This document shows positions 61,201-64,000 of a DNA stretch of 64,000 nucleotides, in pieces. This DNA is from Eremomyces bilateralis CBS 781.70 (Eukaryota). The stretch lies in the NCBI GenBank assembly GCA_010015585.1, contig ML975153.1. One strand, 5' to 3'. Each line of letters begins with the position of its first letter. Position 1 is the stretch's first letter. The notes below the pieces were generated by a model. That model was not told the DNA's origin. It did no database searches and saw nothing but the letters and a program-made list of their open reading frames with translations. Made by a program: the position numbers and the translations under genes.

Positions 61201-64000
61201 TCAGTATCCTTTAATCCTTCACGGATCTGCCCGCTTCAATCGATCATGGCACTACAATCAAGCCTGCTCGGAGGACCGATGCGGGCGATGATTACCCCAG
61301 AGTGGTGCGGCGGGTGAAGACTTGCAGATGGCCATACACCATCACCGATACGATGCTGGTCCGCTGGAAAAGAGTGTGGCGCACAGACACAAGGCGCAAA
61401 ATACAGGGGAGTTATGAATAGTGGGGGAAGTCGAGCAGGCTGTGCCGAAAGAGATTTTTCCGTGTAGTACAAAGCCATGTTCAGATCTTTAGGAGCCGGT
61501 GGGTTGTGGAAGCGAGGGAGCAGCCTATGATGGCACCCAATGCGTAGTAGATCTTAGATGGCAAGTCGGGATTGTGATCAGACAGCAGGGTGGCTTGTTA
61601 CGGGTCGATGTCTGGCAGGTACGAACATTGCATCTCGACTCTCGTGAGAAAGGTATGATGTGACCGATGTGCAACCAGGTGTTCCTGCAGCTGTGGGAGA
61701 AAAGACGTTGAAGAAAATACTCTATCATACCCTTTTGAGCGACATAGCGCTTAACGGTCCAGTGGGGACGCGGAATGTAGGGCAAACCAACAGCACATCT
61801 AACATGCAAACCGTCGATTTCTCGGCTCGGATGAAGTGGTGTGTCTGCTCGATGATGCCTCCAATATCAAATTTTCCAACATGGGTTGACACACGGAATC
61901 GAACGACATGTCGCGTTTGGACTTGCATGCTATCCATACGACGACCAACCACTGGAGACTGTCCGGTTTGCCGCAGGCATCTAAAGTCAGAGGATCCTAG
62001 TCGATATACTAGGAACAGATGTGCTCAAGCAATAAATCATTTAGGAGAGGTTATACGGAGTAGACATCTTGTTATGGATTGGGGTAAGCCGCGGCTAGAC
62101 AGTGACCGGAAGAAGCGGGGCGGAGGAAGCTGATGCTACGGCAACCACAACAAGGACGACCGGTATATTGACATAAAATAATTACCAATATGACATATTT
62201 GTCATATTGAGGGCGAATAACGACTTCTAGGACCGATTCAATACTTCGAGAAGCAATCTCAATTGATAACTTGAGATGACACGGCAGAGGGTGTGAGGAC
62301 TGAGAAATAAGGAGTTTCAGGAAGTGAGGCGGCAGTCGGCGACATGGAGCGAATGGGGGTCGGAGTATCCGTATTCCCGTGGGTATTCCTTATCAAATCT
62401 TCACCACTCTTCTGCTGCTTAGCTGCTGCTGGCCAAATAAGCGCCCGCCGCGGGTTGGGCTGAACCCTTGATCCTTGCGTCGGACCCAGATTGTCGGGCC
62501 GCACCATTAGTTTCCCGAATGCCCCGGTTCGGTCAGAACGTTCAGTCAGAGTTTAGCCCGTTCAGACTCGACTGTTCACTGCCCAGGTAGTCCGTCGACA
62601 CTGGGAAGTCCGCAAGGAGAGCCTAGCTACGCAACGACAATCCGCACAGATTGCGGATTGTGACAGGAACGTAATGGCCAAGGATGGATGGCGTGCGGGC
62701 AGCTTGACCGAGCCATCGCCCATCATGGAACATCAAATTGTATTTTCCTCCCAGCTTCGTGCCGTCCAGCAGGGCTACCCCTCGCCAAAACCTTCCTCCT
62801 CTTCATGCCTGTCTGATGCCCATACGGCAATAGTATGGTCGTGTGGATCGCTGCCTCCAGATTCGGCCAAGCAAGATTAACTTCTGCCCAACCTGGGATT
62901 CCGATCCTGCCATCTGACTGCAACACCCCTCTGGTGATCTGGTGCCCCCTTTGCGCAGCACGTACCTGGTCTCGCTGCCTGGATAGAGCAGAGTCACACA
63001 ATAGTCACAAATCCCAGACCAACTTTTATATGATAGCTCGTATGTTTTCATCTACGCTTCCAGAAAGGATTACGAACGTGGAAATGAGCATTATAGTCTC
63101 CAATCGCAAAGTAACAGAAAAACTCAATTAACCCCATGCCAGCCAAAAGGAATGCATGTGAGCAAGGTCGCCCTTCATAGTTCGTGGTCTTCGCAACCCA
63201 GTCTATCAGATATGATGAATTACGCTTCCAATAGGAAATAAGGTAAACTGAAATGTTGTGTGTGTGGAGCAGAACGCCTTCCCCACCAGACCCCCCTAAC
63301 AAATAAATTACCAGCCGTTCCAATAGCTCTCGAGTAATACATGAAAGGCTGTGCAAATGCAGATGATGAAACAAATAACGGACCGGTCGGTTTCAAAGGC
63401 GCATTTTGATAGCGATAGCCGAGAAATCGTCCGTAGCGGCCTCCGACTCGGGTTCAACTTTGATGCACATCCTTTTTCATGTGTATCGGCTCGTGATTCG
63501 TTACCGACAAAAATCTAAATGTTGGTGATTGTAAATGCTTCCATTCCGGATTGGATAATGGTTAGAATTTGCATTTCGAAATTGCTGTCGTTCGCTTAGA
63601 ACATTGGCGTTGGTGGTAGAGGGCTTGCGCTGATGCTCTGCTGCCGTTCAAGATCGTTGAGTGTCTTGCAGCCCCCGTTCTCGACATGCCTGGCATGTAG
63701 TTAGCAGTGTTGTTTAGGAGAGACTCTGATGTACATGCCTCCTCAATGTGTCTTTCCTCGCAAAACCCGTAAGGCAAGCAGAACACTTATGCTCGAGAGA
63801 TTTGATGTGGACCTGGAAATAAGTGAGCATACGCATGCATCAATAAAAATAGACAATGCTCACGTTCGTCCTGTGTCGCTCAAGATCCGCTTTCCTCTTG
63901 AATGCTCGATCGCACGCATTGCAAGGAAACGGCCGGAGCCCGACAGTGTCTTTGTTATGCCTGGTATTGCAGTGAGAAGTAAAGTTGTGCTTCCGCTTGA

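Noticed and set aside
58696..63786. Short ORFs, e.g. 58696-58899 with GRPRK, 61660-62133 and 63048-63374
   Set aside because: No convincing domain, start context or splice model.

Overview
Filamentous-ascomycete (Pezizomycotina-type) genomic DNA with short GT..AG introns. The window opens exactly on the left end of a 7,370-bp class II transposon (1-7370). It has 30-bp TIRs with 5'-CAGTAG termini and ATCAACGG subterminal arrays at both ends. It carries a 4-exon accessory gene of unknown family and a 2-exon, ~1,260-aa CACTA/EnSpm(CMC)/Plavaka-like DDE transposase, each interrupted by one RIP-like (CpA->TpA) stop. From ~7.4 to 14.3 kb lies a decayed island (NmrA-like relic, Tc1/mariner relic, MITE-like inverted-repeat element, pseudogene) around one intact secreted cutinase. 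From ~17 to 58.3 kb is a dense core-gene block: conserved hypothetical, ssn8, a coiled-coil protein, hei10, xap5, leo1, mob2, arf1, a CorA-like protein, an N-terminal-only Clr2-like gene, rpo41, a membrane protein, mdv1, aro7, esf1, an aryl-alcohol dehydrogenase pseudogene and yuh1. I recognise no gene in the last ~5.7 kb. Family calls come from motif recognition by eye and splice models are hand-built; no searches were run.
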